From Elusimicrobiota bacterium (GTDB lineage Bacteria > Elusimicrobiota > Elusimicrobia > Elusimicrobiales > UBA9959), in assembly GCA_003482905.1 (NCBI GenBank), contig DMXM01000029.1, positions 41,108-105,107 on the forward strand: a stretch of DNA of 64,000 nucleotides, read 5' to 3'. The notes under the pieces are model-generated. The model saw only the letters and a list, made by a program, of their open reading frames with translations, was not told where the DNA came from and made no database searches. Of this stretch, positions 21,001 to 26,044 are shown piece by piece. Both the position numbers and the translations under genes were made by a program. Position 1 is the first letter of the stretch, and each line of letters starts with the position of its first letter.

Positions 21001-22764
21001 GTTAACTGCGGCGGCGCGGAAATAATAACGGGTATCCGGTATCAACCCGGCCGAAGAGAGAGAAAGAATATAGGTGTCGGAAGAAACCACCCTGGCCCCG
21101 GAAGGCGCCAGCGGGTCCGGGGCAGTGGAGGAGAGGACCCTGTACAGCGTACCCTGCGGATTGCCGCCGTCGGTCCAGGCGAAACGCATTGAGGAGTACG
21201 CCTCTTCGCTGAAGGCGGAGAAAACCGGCGCGGCAGCCAGCGTGGCCGTGGCCACGACATTAAAATAACTCCCGGCTACGCCGTCGCCGTTTATGCCGGC
21301 GGCCTTGAAATAATAGGTGGTATTGGGCGGAAGCCCGGCGGTACTGAAAGAAAGATTATATGTCTCATGCTGGCTGACCGCCGCCCCGCCGGGCGCGAGC
21401 GGGTCGGCCGCCGTGGAGACCAGCAGGCGGTACAGCGTGCCGGCCGGGTTGCCGCCGCCAGTCCAGGAAGCCGTTATGCCCGCCTCCGAGACACCGGAGA
21501 AAGGCCCGGCCGCAGGCTGGGCCGCCAGGGTATATGTAGAGACTATCTGTGTGTAGTCTGTATAGGTGCCCGCGTGGTTAATGGCGGCAACGCGAAAGGA
21601 ATAAGCGGTGTTCGCCATTAGTCCGGACGATGAAAGGAAAGTGTTATAAGTAAATGAGGAGGTGACGGGCGCGCCGAAAGGAGACAACGGGTCTGCCGCG
21701 GTGGACATAACCACGTGGTAGCGCGTGGCCGCATGGTTGCCGTTGGCCGCCCAGTTGAAGCGGGACGTATACGAGGAGATGTCGATAAAATTAGAGAAGG
21801 ACGGGGCATAGGCCGGCGTGACCTGCACCGGGTAGGCGGCCCAGGAACTGGAGGCGCCGGGCCCGTTGGTGCGGACAAAAGGATAATAAGTGGTGTTGGC
21901 AACCAGGGCCGGAGCGTTGAGCAACGCCAGGTTCTCCGAAGTTGTGACCGAGGCGTAAATAGGGGATGGGAAGGCTCCGGCGTTCACGGAAGCGGCCAGC
22001 GTATAGCCGGTGGCCCCCTCCACCAGCGTCCAAGAGGCGGAGAACTCGGTCTGTGTCAGGCCGGTTATTGAACCGATGACCGGGCGGGCAGGGGCAAGGT
22101 TCTCCACTGTGCTGAACCGGCTGTCGCCGCTGGCGCCAGCGGTGGGTCCGTCTATGGTCATAGTCACTGTCCTGCCTGAACCCATAGTACTACCCGGGGA
22201 GTCGTCTATATGAAGCCGCAGGGCCAGGCGGTCGCCGTTAGAGAGAGCGGTGGGAGTTGGCACCTTAGTCCAGGTGCGCGCGGCCAGGGAAGTGCCCAAC
22301 TCCACCGTCGGCACGTGAACAGCGGCGATAACGGACAGGATAGCTCCGGAAGCGCTGGCGCGCAACAGCTCACCCGTCAGGCCGGCGTTCGCCTGGGTGG
22401 CGCTCTCCCTGGCCCAGATATTGAATGAGACATTTCCGCTTATCGTAACCTCGTCTAACGGGTCGGAGTACCAGATTATGGCTGTGCCGGCGGCAGTACG
22501 CGTAATCTGGGTGGCCGTGTTCGGCGGCGTGACCGGGCCGGCCATGGTGTTCTTTGTATAGGTCACCAGCGCGGCGCCGCGCAGGCGGTTCAGCCTCCTC
22601 TCATCGTCATCACCTGGATTGATAGATGAGACGGTGTCGCCCAGGTATACCGTAGTGGCCGCGAAAACGGCTGTAACGGCTTGCAGCAGCAGGGCGGCAA
22701 AAAGGAAAGCCAGCGGCTTAAATCCGCCAGGCGCTCCTTTTTTTATCCAGACTTTTAAGAACAT
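9100..22764 (-). CDS. Giant (4,554 aa) exported surface protein: about 26 FN3-like repeats, two lamin-tail-like domains, C-terminal PQQ-like beta-propeller
   Basis: Uninterrupted ORF; ATG 22764 follows GAGGAATAGGAA and precedes a signal peptide. ~97-aa repeats W-x3-GNPAGTLYRV...L-x2-DTTYYFR; VLNEVYP...DWVELFN and TINEISY...EFIELY; SSP / GKIYA propeller motifs. Confidence 0.88.
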   Translation of the reverse strand: MFLKVWIKKGAPGGFKPLAFLFAALLLQAVTAVFAATTVYLGDTVSSINPGDDDERRLNRLRGAALVTYTKNTMAGPVTPPNTATQITRTAAGTAIIWYSDPLDEVTISGNVSFNIWARESATQANAGLTGELLRASASGAILSVIAAVHVPTVELGTSLAARTWTKVPTPTALSNGDRLALRLHIDDSPGSTMGSGRTVTMTIDGPTAGASGDSRFSTVENLAPARPVIGSITGLTQTEFSASWTLVEGATGYTLAASVNAGAFPSPIYASVTTSENLALLNAPALVANTTYYPFVRTNGPGASSSWAAYPVQVTPAYAPSFSNFIDISSYTSRFNWAANGNHAATRYHVVMSTAADPLSPFGAPVTSSFTYNTFLSSSGLMANTAYSFRVAAINHAGTYTDYTQIVSTYTLAAQPAAGPFSGVSEAGITASWTGGGNPAGTLYRLLVSTAADPLAPGGAAVSQHETYNLSFSTAGLPPNTTYYFKAAGINGDGVAGSYFNVVATATLAAAPVFSAFSEEAYSSMRFAWTDGGNPQGTLYRVLSSTAPDPLAPSGARVVSSDTYILSLSSAGLIPDTRYYFRAAAVNRNGVLTEYTASENRASLLRYAPALSAFTGVSETGMQFNFSANGNTYPGTLFRVAASTAPDPLSPGGAAVVSSDTYNIALISSDLVPNSTYYFRAAGVNKDGALTAYTDIAGTSTLAAVPSGLQFTETTSDKVRLEWTNVSGPSTLYRVMVSTAANPLAPAGAAVTSSDTYNLYLSTEVLAFSTKYHFLARAVNNNGVITAWSGIVSTTTLSPGTLAAPLAGALTPHISSVTAAWSLVAGATGYALAASLYAAEPPTDIYASSTVVSLTSAQLPGLSPDTVYYLFIRANGPGVVSAWNKYDPAATLLQYVPVFGSFGPITDGSVGLSWTGGGNPGGTLYRVFSSTAADPLAPAGAAVVSSDTYNLSLSSAALAANTAYYFRIAGLNKDGVPTAYTASRGTSTLASLPAFSEFSATGTSAMTFAWTAGGNPAGTLYRVLSSPAPDPLNPGGAPVASSDTYNLSLSTAGLTPDTSYYFRVAAVNSNGVLSAYSAAQANPTLPEAPVFPGVGTVTDSSVDFMWSGGGNPADTLYRVLASPAPDPLAPGGEPVTSSDTYNLYLSSSGLAVDKAYYFVAAALGHDGQPTAYTAPERARTLARQPVFSHFDDVAAARIDANWTAGGNPVGTLYRVAVSAAPDPLNPGGEAVTLLDSYGLYVSSSGLAADTTYYFRVAAVNGDGVATAYTAARGTATLAAYPPLFSGFSDIQADAIRVSWSPNGNADGTLYRVAVSSAADPLNPGGANVTYEDTYDLSLSSSGLITNKIYYFRLAAVNKNGIATSYTAAQSERTLQVVTKLYLRDDVSTAAAPDTGEERRLSLLRGAAPVTYTKSTLAGAVTPPTSATQITKAAGGAVQTWYTMPLDAVTLISSVTFNIRAWESAVQANATVTGVLYRTNNSGVIISTVATAVLARTELGIADGAQTWTVQPTPTAISNGDRLALRLYIDDGNGVTMSSGRTVSVSVDGPTANAAGDSWLQVLEELRPARPDSISVTGVTESQISASWPLVSETTSYTLAASVNPGDEPSPLYSSSHTLGNLSATLSVPTFSPNTTYYLFARSNFEGVSSGWRLHSGTATLLAFAPVFAGFGEAASGSIMFDWSANGNADPGTLYRVVSSTAADPLSPGGAVAVSSLTYNTFLSTAGLAGDTTYYFRVAGLNHNGTPTAYTAPAATATLLAFPPAFTGFSGIGQTAMQFNWSANGNRYPGTLYRVVSSTAPDPLAPGGAVTVSSLTYSLSLSSSGLAANTTYYFRVAGVNKNGVETSYTVPVGTATLAYATAFGTFSGVSAGGISIDWASGGNPAGTLYRVLSSTAADPASPSGAAVAYADTYGLSFSSSGLAADTTYYFRVAALNHNGAATLYTSPRGTATLLGFAPVFAGFSDVAAGSLRFDFSANGNAAGTLYRVVSSTAPGPLAPGGALAVSSLTYNNYLSTSGLAADTIYYFSVAGVNKNWVSTDYTVAAATATLLAFPPAFNDFSGVAEDALQFNFSANGNAAGTLYRVVSSTALDPLSPAGAAAVSSDTYNLSLASASLFADTTYYFKAAGVNKNGVLTAWTAAASTSTLANVPSSFYATGVTENFIQLNWSAGGNREPGTLYRVLASTAADPAAPAGAVVSSSDTYNLYLSTSDLNPSTAYYFRAAALNNNGVRTAWSAPPFSAATLNPGEIGSPASGEITGVHVSSLAASWSLVDSATGYTLAASLSPDQPVSIAVSSDTLEGDNQAYVEGLAADTVYYLFARANKHYVSGDWLAFPAKATLLEYPPAFASFSGVVSDSVRFNFLQNGNRFPETLFRVLVSTAADPLIPGAAAFSSSDTYNVSLTTAALFADTTYYFRAAGVNKDGVPTAYTSVQATATPANIPIFSGFTGVGAAELTFNWQRNGNRDAGTLYRVLASTASDPSAPGGAVVTSSETYNLSLSTSGLEADTTYYFRVAALGVSGISTGYTAPAGTATLVAHAPVLSGFSGVGTGVIQVNWSANGNRDPGTLYRVVSSTAPDPLSPAWAVTASSDTYGLSLSSSGLVPNTTYYFLAAAVNRNGVLTSWTAAAGTATLAALPLTALSTFSAVTSGGLTAAWSASANPAGTLYQVQVSTAQNFNSGAAGQTASTAPVSGESYSFYGLLSNRDYYFRVRAMNHSGVYSDYAALGSTRTSGLAAPAPYPVTQVSSYSITATWSLVDGATGYTLAASVNPGVSPSPVYASSVTAGASAAVFNPALALNSTYYLFVKAGGPGDESPWAVYPATSTLTNIPTVPGSPFSAVTDNSFILSWGANSNPLGTTRYTVHVSTALDFNAGVTNQVVLSTIPTAGPGATFSGLSSNTYYYARVRAEHNNGNSTEWVSLGLVNTLILADLHAAGDGVLIYAQSGNSMPQFRDYISASNSFSAVRQTISGAAGMLFTVRTNPLTTKQEAVAAYVKSGTLRVLCTDGANWYEEWTQTVGGADATRRFDIAFETNSGDVMVLYSRGVSGTSELGYRTKPGSSGCGSGNWSAAATLDPVRTSGAVHWVKMAPDRRADHDNIAATWADANSDLSAMVWNGTAWENEPASALEASLETVSASQDVESFAVETESLTGDIMVVWGHSGGSDGVNGVRYATAAWTGGSPAHTWGGVVNPKNFFDDATNLDLAANPASDEMVFASIGNAGSDLQAGYWNGAVWANSSNLDTSAQVPLAGTKLVAAAWISSNTAVRSVITYNDSAVTNLGWYVGNGSTFTAQGDFTPSPVFANPQRYYDLKQDPVNRERLVFALADSNADLFAKRLVMTSAAAFTWSNADGSAALEPNLGSALAGGFSFVFWPAPPTTTFEASAYRFFTNTATTDVGAPLAAQNALAVLPAAGDPFRLRTLVTVGQVDLPASGQDFKLQFAGQGDGTCAEPSSGTPGDWTDVTALTAIAYSDNVPADKTALTPNAADPLYGVQANINQVYAESGGFLNSVAGIARNRSGMWDLALKDNGMSPGAVYCLRLVRGDGVPLEYYTAYPRVVSPSVLVLNEVYPSGSPAASDWVELFNNSGSTVPLTGWKLDYVENPIDPGGTAIPVWSGAAGQYVNAMSTFLVSGLALDLNAAQSYHVKLLDASGGLVDQVQWPAGLQPGQSFARVSDGSPDYFEIDPTPTRGYANTVSTDALTINEISYGALDSEFIELYSSDPVSTRRLGGYALRNAASSAAGQVFRFSRKIYPLDFTALDGSSADDEGRSYASVFGAQGLSPAGDFLALENSSGSTVSQLTWQYDGAYTRYNYAAQLVPYANPAPALSALSIVRGPLDGSHTGVDSADFSASTGTTLASRNNNAGTAPANTLQYPDPSGGARYLSRNFPLRLTLGADASAGRGNNLVMSRRGGAADPASPHIYRLNDIGFSVSALSGQATAQFGLQFRDQDGGALVNGALYRLVLNSDTGAASAPQVVITSVTYDAAVHSASAYAASAPSWLNNDTRGSPLRVAVSNNSPAGANEVRVATVAFTLLNSDLGAPLTQQQVMNLFDAVMLVADSTSTGLPDVYEPAIDVATVAYVPMAAISLNAAGLSTLTVSGQGLASAGVVAGSTRSFFVVFASTRDASDRAPDNTFRVRFDPASGFAVGDSSGSLVQEFTPGTEVNSSSFTLISPALPPVNSSWPYVSESSAPITAAITAYSGGLLAESRAYLPSTDGTVVALSTSGVPLWTFETVPATPISVPPSLPQEEGGQVYIYFAGENGDVYKLRDNGGTVTEAWPKVSLGAVVKSISDTDSRLYVATADNKLHCRNKTDGSACSGWNFASAVTAPPAGAPSIDERATVATAWTGLEDGKIVSLKTGDGTSNNTFVTGGPVKSSPYFDAYVASPDNALYITSTDGKIYAINSGNMTAMSGWNDYDTGSSIYTSPFVWILGGTKYVFFGADNGKLYKLDAATGALAWTFQAGGAIRSSPVVVPAWYVGLGAGEDYVYFGCDDGKIYGVNANTGQIRTGWPVYTGGPVRSDPVIDSDMKAVLIGSNDGRLYTLSIGP

Positions 22765-22771
22765 ACAGTTC

Positions 22772-23218
22772 CTATTCCTCCGCTGCCCCTGTATCACCAA
22801 CGGCGCCCCTGAACTTGCTCGCCTTTTCTTCTTTCTGCCGCTCTTCCTCTTTCATCATCTCCACTATGTCCTGCACGGTCAGCCCAACCAGCCAGTGGTT
22901 GACCTCCTCGCGCAACCGTTTATATAGTTTGCCGGGGATCTCCTCCCGCTCGGACTCCGGCGCGCCGTTAAATGTAAAAGCTTCCATCAAGCCCCAAACG
23001 CTGATATCGTCAAGTTCTTTGCGCAGGCGGTAGCCTTTGCCTTTCTGTGATTCCACAAAACCGGCGTGTACTAGCGCCTGGAGCACCTTATTGCAATACG
23101 GCGCGGGCAAGCCCTGGAAACGGGAGATGTCAGCCACCTGGTTCCATGTGCCGCCATTGTTCTGGCCCAAATAGTGCAGGCAGGCCAGCCCGTATGCCAA
23201 AGTCCTGTTCATCTTCAT
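22772..23218 (-). CDS. Rrf2-family winged-helix transcriptional regulator
   Basis: YGLACLHYL...DISRFQGLPAPYCNKVLQALVHAGFVESQKGKGYRL...ISV. Confidence 0.88.
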   Translation of the reverse strand: MKMNRTLAYGLACLHYLGQNNGGTWNQVADISRFQGLPAPYCNKVLQALVHAGFVESQKGKGYRLRKELDDISVWGLMEAFTFNGAPESEREEIPGKLYKRLREEVNHWLVGLTVQDIVEMMKEEERQKEEKASKFRGAVGDTGAAEE

Positions 23219-23243
23219 AAATTAGCGAGTCTCACGAAGCAGT

Positions 23244-23266
23244 CATTGGATAAAACGTGTCCGATG
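23244..23266. promoter_or_regulatory. Candidate Rrf2 operator (imperfect palindrome)
   Basis: CATTGGATA-aaacg-TGTCCGATG, 7 of 9 positions symmetric, 25 bp upstream of the Rrf2 start. Confidence 0.4.
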
Positions 23267-23318
23267 GTCGATCAAAAAATAAACGGCACCGTACGAATCT
23301 GCCGTTATTTGTATCAAT

Positions 23319-23346
23319 AGTATAGCAGGCCTATTGCCGCAGTCAA
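23319..23346 (-). promoter_or_regulatory. Sigma-70-type promoter for the Rrf2/giant-protein operon
   Basis: Minus strand TTGACT-16 nt-TATACT with extended -10 TG. Confidence 0.6.
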
Positions 23347-23362
23347 GGGGCAATTTATTGAC

Positions 23363-24448
23363 TTAAGATACAGGCCAACGGGCGGTCTTCAAGGCCATTT
23401 GGCTGTTAGTGCGCGCTATCTCGCAGGCGGGCTTATTCGGGGCGAAAATGTCGCCCTCTTCTACCAGGCTTATCCCGGGGCAGCGGCTGCAAAAATCTAT
23501 ATGGGCGCAGGCGGCGCAAGCCTTCACATCTTTGGCCCCGGCGCCGCGCCACTTTTTAAGCCAAGCGGCGTTTTTCCAAATATCAGCGAACCGCCGCCGC
23601 GTCAAATTGCCGAGATCCAGCTGCAATTGCAGGCAAGGATACAGGTCTCCGTAAGGTCCGACGGCGCAGACATTGCGGCCGGCGCCGCAGAGGAAGTCGA
23701 AGGGCTGGGAATAAGGCTGGGGCTCGCCGCCAGGCCCGACCTTGGGGGCCGCTCCGGACTCTTTGGGCGCGGCTCCATAAAGTTTTACCGCTTTTGTGAG
23801 CTGCCGGCCGGAAAGCCGCAGATTAAGCGCGGAAGCGTCCCCGTCATTGGCGGCGGTTATCACAGGGTCGAATGATATCTCAAAACCCTCGCGTTTAGCC
23901 ATGGCCTTAAGCCAGCCGGCCCGGGCTAGATTCTTTTTCATCAGAGGGGTCTTCATTTTTACATTTATGCCGACTTTTTTCAGCAAGCGGGCCACGGTAA
24001 GACTGCGCGTAAAAGAGCCTTTAACCCCGGTAATCCCGTCATGAACGGCCGGAGGGCCGTAAAAGCTGATATCAAAACCGGAAACGCCGGCTTTCTTCAA
24101 TGTTAGCGCCCGCGCCTCGTCCAAACCCAGGCCGGTAGAGAAAACGCGCACATCGAATTTGAGTTTTTTAGCGTAGGCGCAGATCTCGGCCAGGTCAGGG
24201 CGCAGCAGCGGCTCCCCGCCGGTAAAAACCAGGTAAAGCGTTCCGGCCTCGGCCAATTGGGAGATTATCATCTTCCACCGGGCTGTAGTCAGTTCGGCGG
24301 CTGGCCGCGCGCGGCCCTGCGTTTCTGGCAAATAACAATGCAGGCAGGCCAGCGGGCAGCGCCGGGTCAGCTCTATAGTAACGGAAACCGGTATATTGCG
24401 CTCAAGCGTAATAGCATTAAGCCTGGCGGAAGGTGAGTCGTCTATCAA
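23363..24448 (-). CDS. Radical SAM/SPASM domain peptide maturase
   Basis: CPLACLHC (CxxxCxxC), FTGGEPLLRPD; SPASM cysteines CGAGRNVCAVGPYGDLYPC...CAACAHIDFCSRCPG...C. TTG start overlaps the upstream stop. Confidence 0.92.
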   Translation of the reverse strand: MIDDSPSARLNAITLERNIPVSVTIELTRRCPLACLHCYLPETQGRARPAAELTTARWKMIISQLAEAGTLYLVFTGGEPLLRPDLAEICAYAKKLKFDVRVFSTGLGLDEARALTLKKAGVSGFDISFYGPPAVHDGITGVKGSFTRSLTVARLLKKVGINVKMKTPLMKKNLARAGWLKAMAKREGFEISFDPVITAANDGDASALNLRLSGRQLTKAVKLYGAAPKESGAAPKVGPGGEPQPYSQPFDFLCGAGRNVCAVGPYGDLYPCLQLQLDLGNLTRRRFADIWKNAAWLKKWRGAGAKDVKACAACAHIDFCSRCPGISLVEEGDIFAPNKPACEIARTNSQMALKTARWPVS

Positions 24449-24810
24449 GGCCCGGCCTCAATAGGAGACCGGGCCTTGATAAAGAGGGCGCGGCGGAGTT
24501 TTGAGTAGAGCAGGCCGCAAAGGCCGCCGGACAGGGGATGTTGGCCCAGGGCGCGGCCGCGGATGTCGGCCCAGGGGACAAAATGCCGCTCAAGGCGGCC
24601 GGCGTCGTCCGCCAGCCAGGCGCCGCCAGGGGCGGTTTTCAATACGCGGTGCAGAAGGGTACGGCCTTTATAGGAGTAGACGGCGCAATCGCCGGGATGC
24701 AGAAAAGGCCGGGGCTTGCCGCTAGACCCGGCCTTGGAGATAATCACGATCTGGCCGGGCTTGAATACCGGCAGCATGCTTGAGCCCTCCAGGCGGAAAG
24801 CGGCGGACAT
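24445..24810 (-). CDS. Soluble S24/S26-like peptidase
   Basis: GSSMLP catalytic-Ser box, LLHRV box; no transmembrane anchor. Confidence 0.75.
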   Translation of the reverse strand: MSAAFRLEGSSMLPVFKPGQIVIISKAGSSGKPRPFLHPGDCAVYSYKGRTLLHRVLKTAPGGAWLADDAGRLERHFVPWADIRGRALGQHPLSGGLCGLLYSKLRRALFIKARSPIEAGP

Positions 24811-24811
24811 G

Positions 24812-24949
24812 TCAGGAAAATCTTTTAAGCGTCTTGCAGGCCAGCTGGCTTATGGGCCCGGTCTGGCATTTGCCGCAGGCAAGGGCGGCGGTCTCGAAGA
24901 CCTTTTCGGTCTTCATTTTAGGCTTTTCGTAGACTTTCTTTTTCTTCAT
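24812..24949 (-). CDS. Putative RiPP precursor peptide, 45 aa: MKKKKVYEKPKMKTEKVFETAALACGKCQTGPISQLACKTLKRFS
   Basis: Manually translated (below ORF-track cutoff). ATG overlaps the PqqD stop (ATGA); TGA ends 1 nt before the peptidase ATG, so it fills the gap exactly. YEKP leader motif, 3 Cys. Confidence 0.85.
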   Translation of the reverse strand: MKKKKVYEKPKMKTEKVFETAALACGKCQTGPISQLACKTLKRFS

Positions 24950-25209
24950 ATTTCCCCCTCCACCAAACCGGCCGTCACGAGTTCCGAAATAAAAGATCTC
25001 ACATCCGCCAGGGCGGTTTTTGCGTCCACTTCAAATTCCTCCACTATGGCGGGAACAATAGTCGCCTCGCTCCTGCCTTTAGAAAGGCCCTCCCAAATAA
25101 GTGCCGCGGGGCCGTTCAACTCATGCAGGCGCGCCTTGGCGGAATCCACGATGAACATTTCACCCGCCACGCGCCTGAAAGCCAGGTCTTTTCTTATTTT
25201 TACAGACAT
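24946..25209 (-). CDS. PqqD-family RiPP recognition element (stand-alone RRE)
   Basis: 87 aa; FRRVAGE...LHELNGPAALIWEGL...IVEEFEVD...ADVRSFISELVTAGLV. Confidence 0.9.
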   Translation of the reverse strand: MSVKIRKDLAFRRVAGEMFIVDSAKARLHELNGPAALIWEGLSKGRSEATIVPAIVEEFEVDAKTALADVRSFISELVTAGLVEGEI

Positions 25210-25213
25210 AGTT

Positions 25214-26044
25214 TCACCCTATAAGCCGCAAAAAATCCGCGTTCTCCTTCGAAAATTTAAGCTGGCCTGCGGGGGAGGCCGAAACGAGCCGCGCGGTATT
25301 GGCCATCACAAGCGCGGCGGTCTTTGCGTCTTTGGAGAAATTAACCAGGCAGCGCAGCAGCGTCTTATACGACTGCGCCTGAGCGCAGATGGAGATTCCG
25401 TTAGCGGCGGACTTCTTCAGCAGGTAAATGCCGCCCAGCGTCCAGCTGCCCGGGCGGCCGTCGGCGCGCATTTCGCCCCAGAACGGCGAGCCGAACGCCC
25501 GCCACCGGCCCTTCTCAAGGCGGAGGATGTTGATCTCGTCGCTGATGACCCCGCCGCCGCCGGAACCTGCGGCCAATTTGGAAAGCGTGGATTTACCCGC
25601 CCCGGATATGCCGGGGAACAGGTAGGCCTTCCCGCCTTTGACCAGGCCGGCCGAATGCAGCATGAAGCCGCCAGAACGGATAAGCAGGAAACTCAATAAA
25701 GAGCGCAAAAAAGCGTCCAGGCACTGCTCAGTGGGGGAGACCTTCACTACGCCTGTACGCGCGCGGGTATCGATGACCGCGTCAAAATCCCCCCGCTTTA
25801 TCTTCAGCGTCCGCCCGTCAAAAGAAACCGCCGGTTTGAAAGGGTTTTGACTGCCCCGGTCTTCGACGAGTTCCATCTCGTAACCGGAATGGCCCGGGCA
25901 GCTGAACCTGCCGTACCTTTTCTCCAGAATTGAAATAATACCAGGTGAGTATGATTTAAAATTCAGGCCAAAACCGGCGACCGCAAGACGAATTTGCCGC
26001 GAAATTGCGGCCTGGGGTGTTTCCATATTTTTTTTCATGATCAA
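25214..26044 (-). CDS. HPr-kinase-related P-loop protein (ScmC / lasso-peptide-kinase-like)
   Basis: GFMLHSAGL, FPGISGAGKSTL, VISDE, GSPFWGE. Exact start uncertain (several in-frame Met). Confidence 0.75.
   Translation of the reverse strand: MIMKKNMETPQAAISRQIRLAVAGFGLNFKSYSPGIISILEKRYGRFSCPGHSGYEMELVEDRGSQNPFKPAVSFDGRTLKIKRGDFDAVIDTRARTGVVKVSPTEQCLDAFLRSLLSFLLIRSGGFMLHSAGLVKGGKAYLFPGISGAGKSTLSKLAAGSGGGGVISDEINILRLEKGRWRAFGSPFWGEMRADGRPGSWTLGGIYLLKKSAANGISICAQAQSYKTLLRCLVNFSKDAKTAALVMANTARLVSASPAGQLKFSKENADFLRLIG

Noticed and set aside
14000-22100. CRISPR array or DGR suggested by ~290-bp periodic repeats
   Set aside because: The repeats are diverged in-frame FN3 coding units; no repeat-spacer structure and no cas or reverse transcriptase gene.
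24812-24949. Lasso peptide
   Set aside because: YxxP leader and kinase are lasso-like, but there is no cyclase or B2 transglutaminase-like protease in the window and no Asp/Glu acceptor in the putative core.
23363-25209. PQQ biosynthesis (PqqD + PqqE-like rSAM near 'PQQ' propeller proteins)
   Set aside because: No pqqB or pqqC, and the peptide lacks the PqqA ExxxY motif; the propellers look structural (BamB-like) rather than dehydrogenases.
24716-25699. 327-aa plus-strand ORF over the RiPP genes
   Set aside because: Antisense shadow of four coherent minus-strand genes; no motifs.
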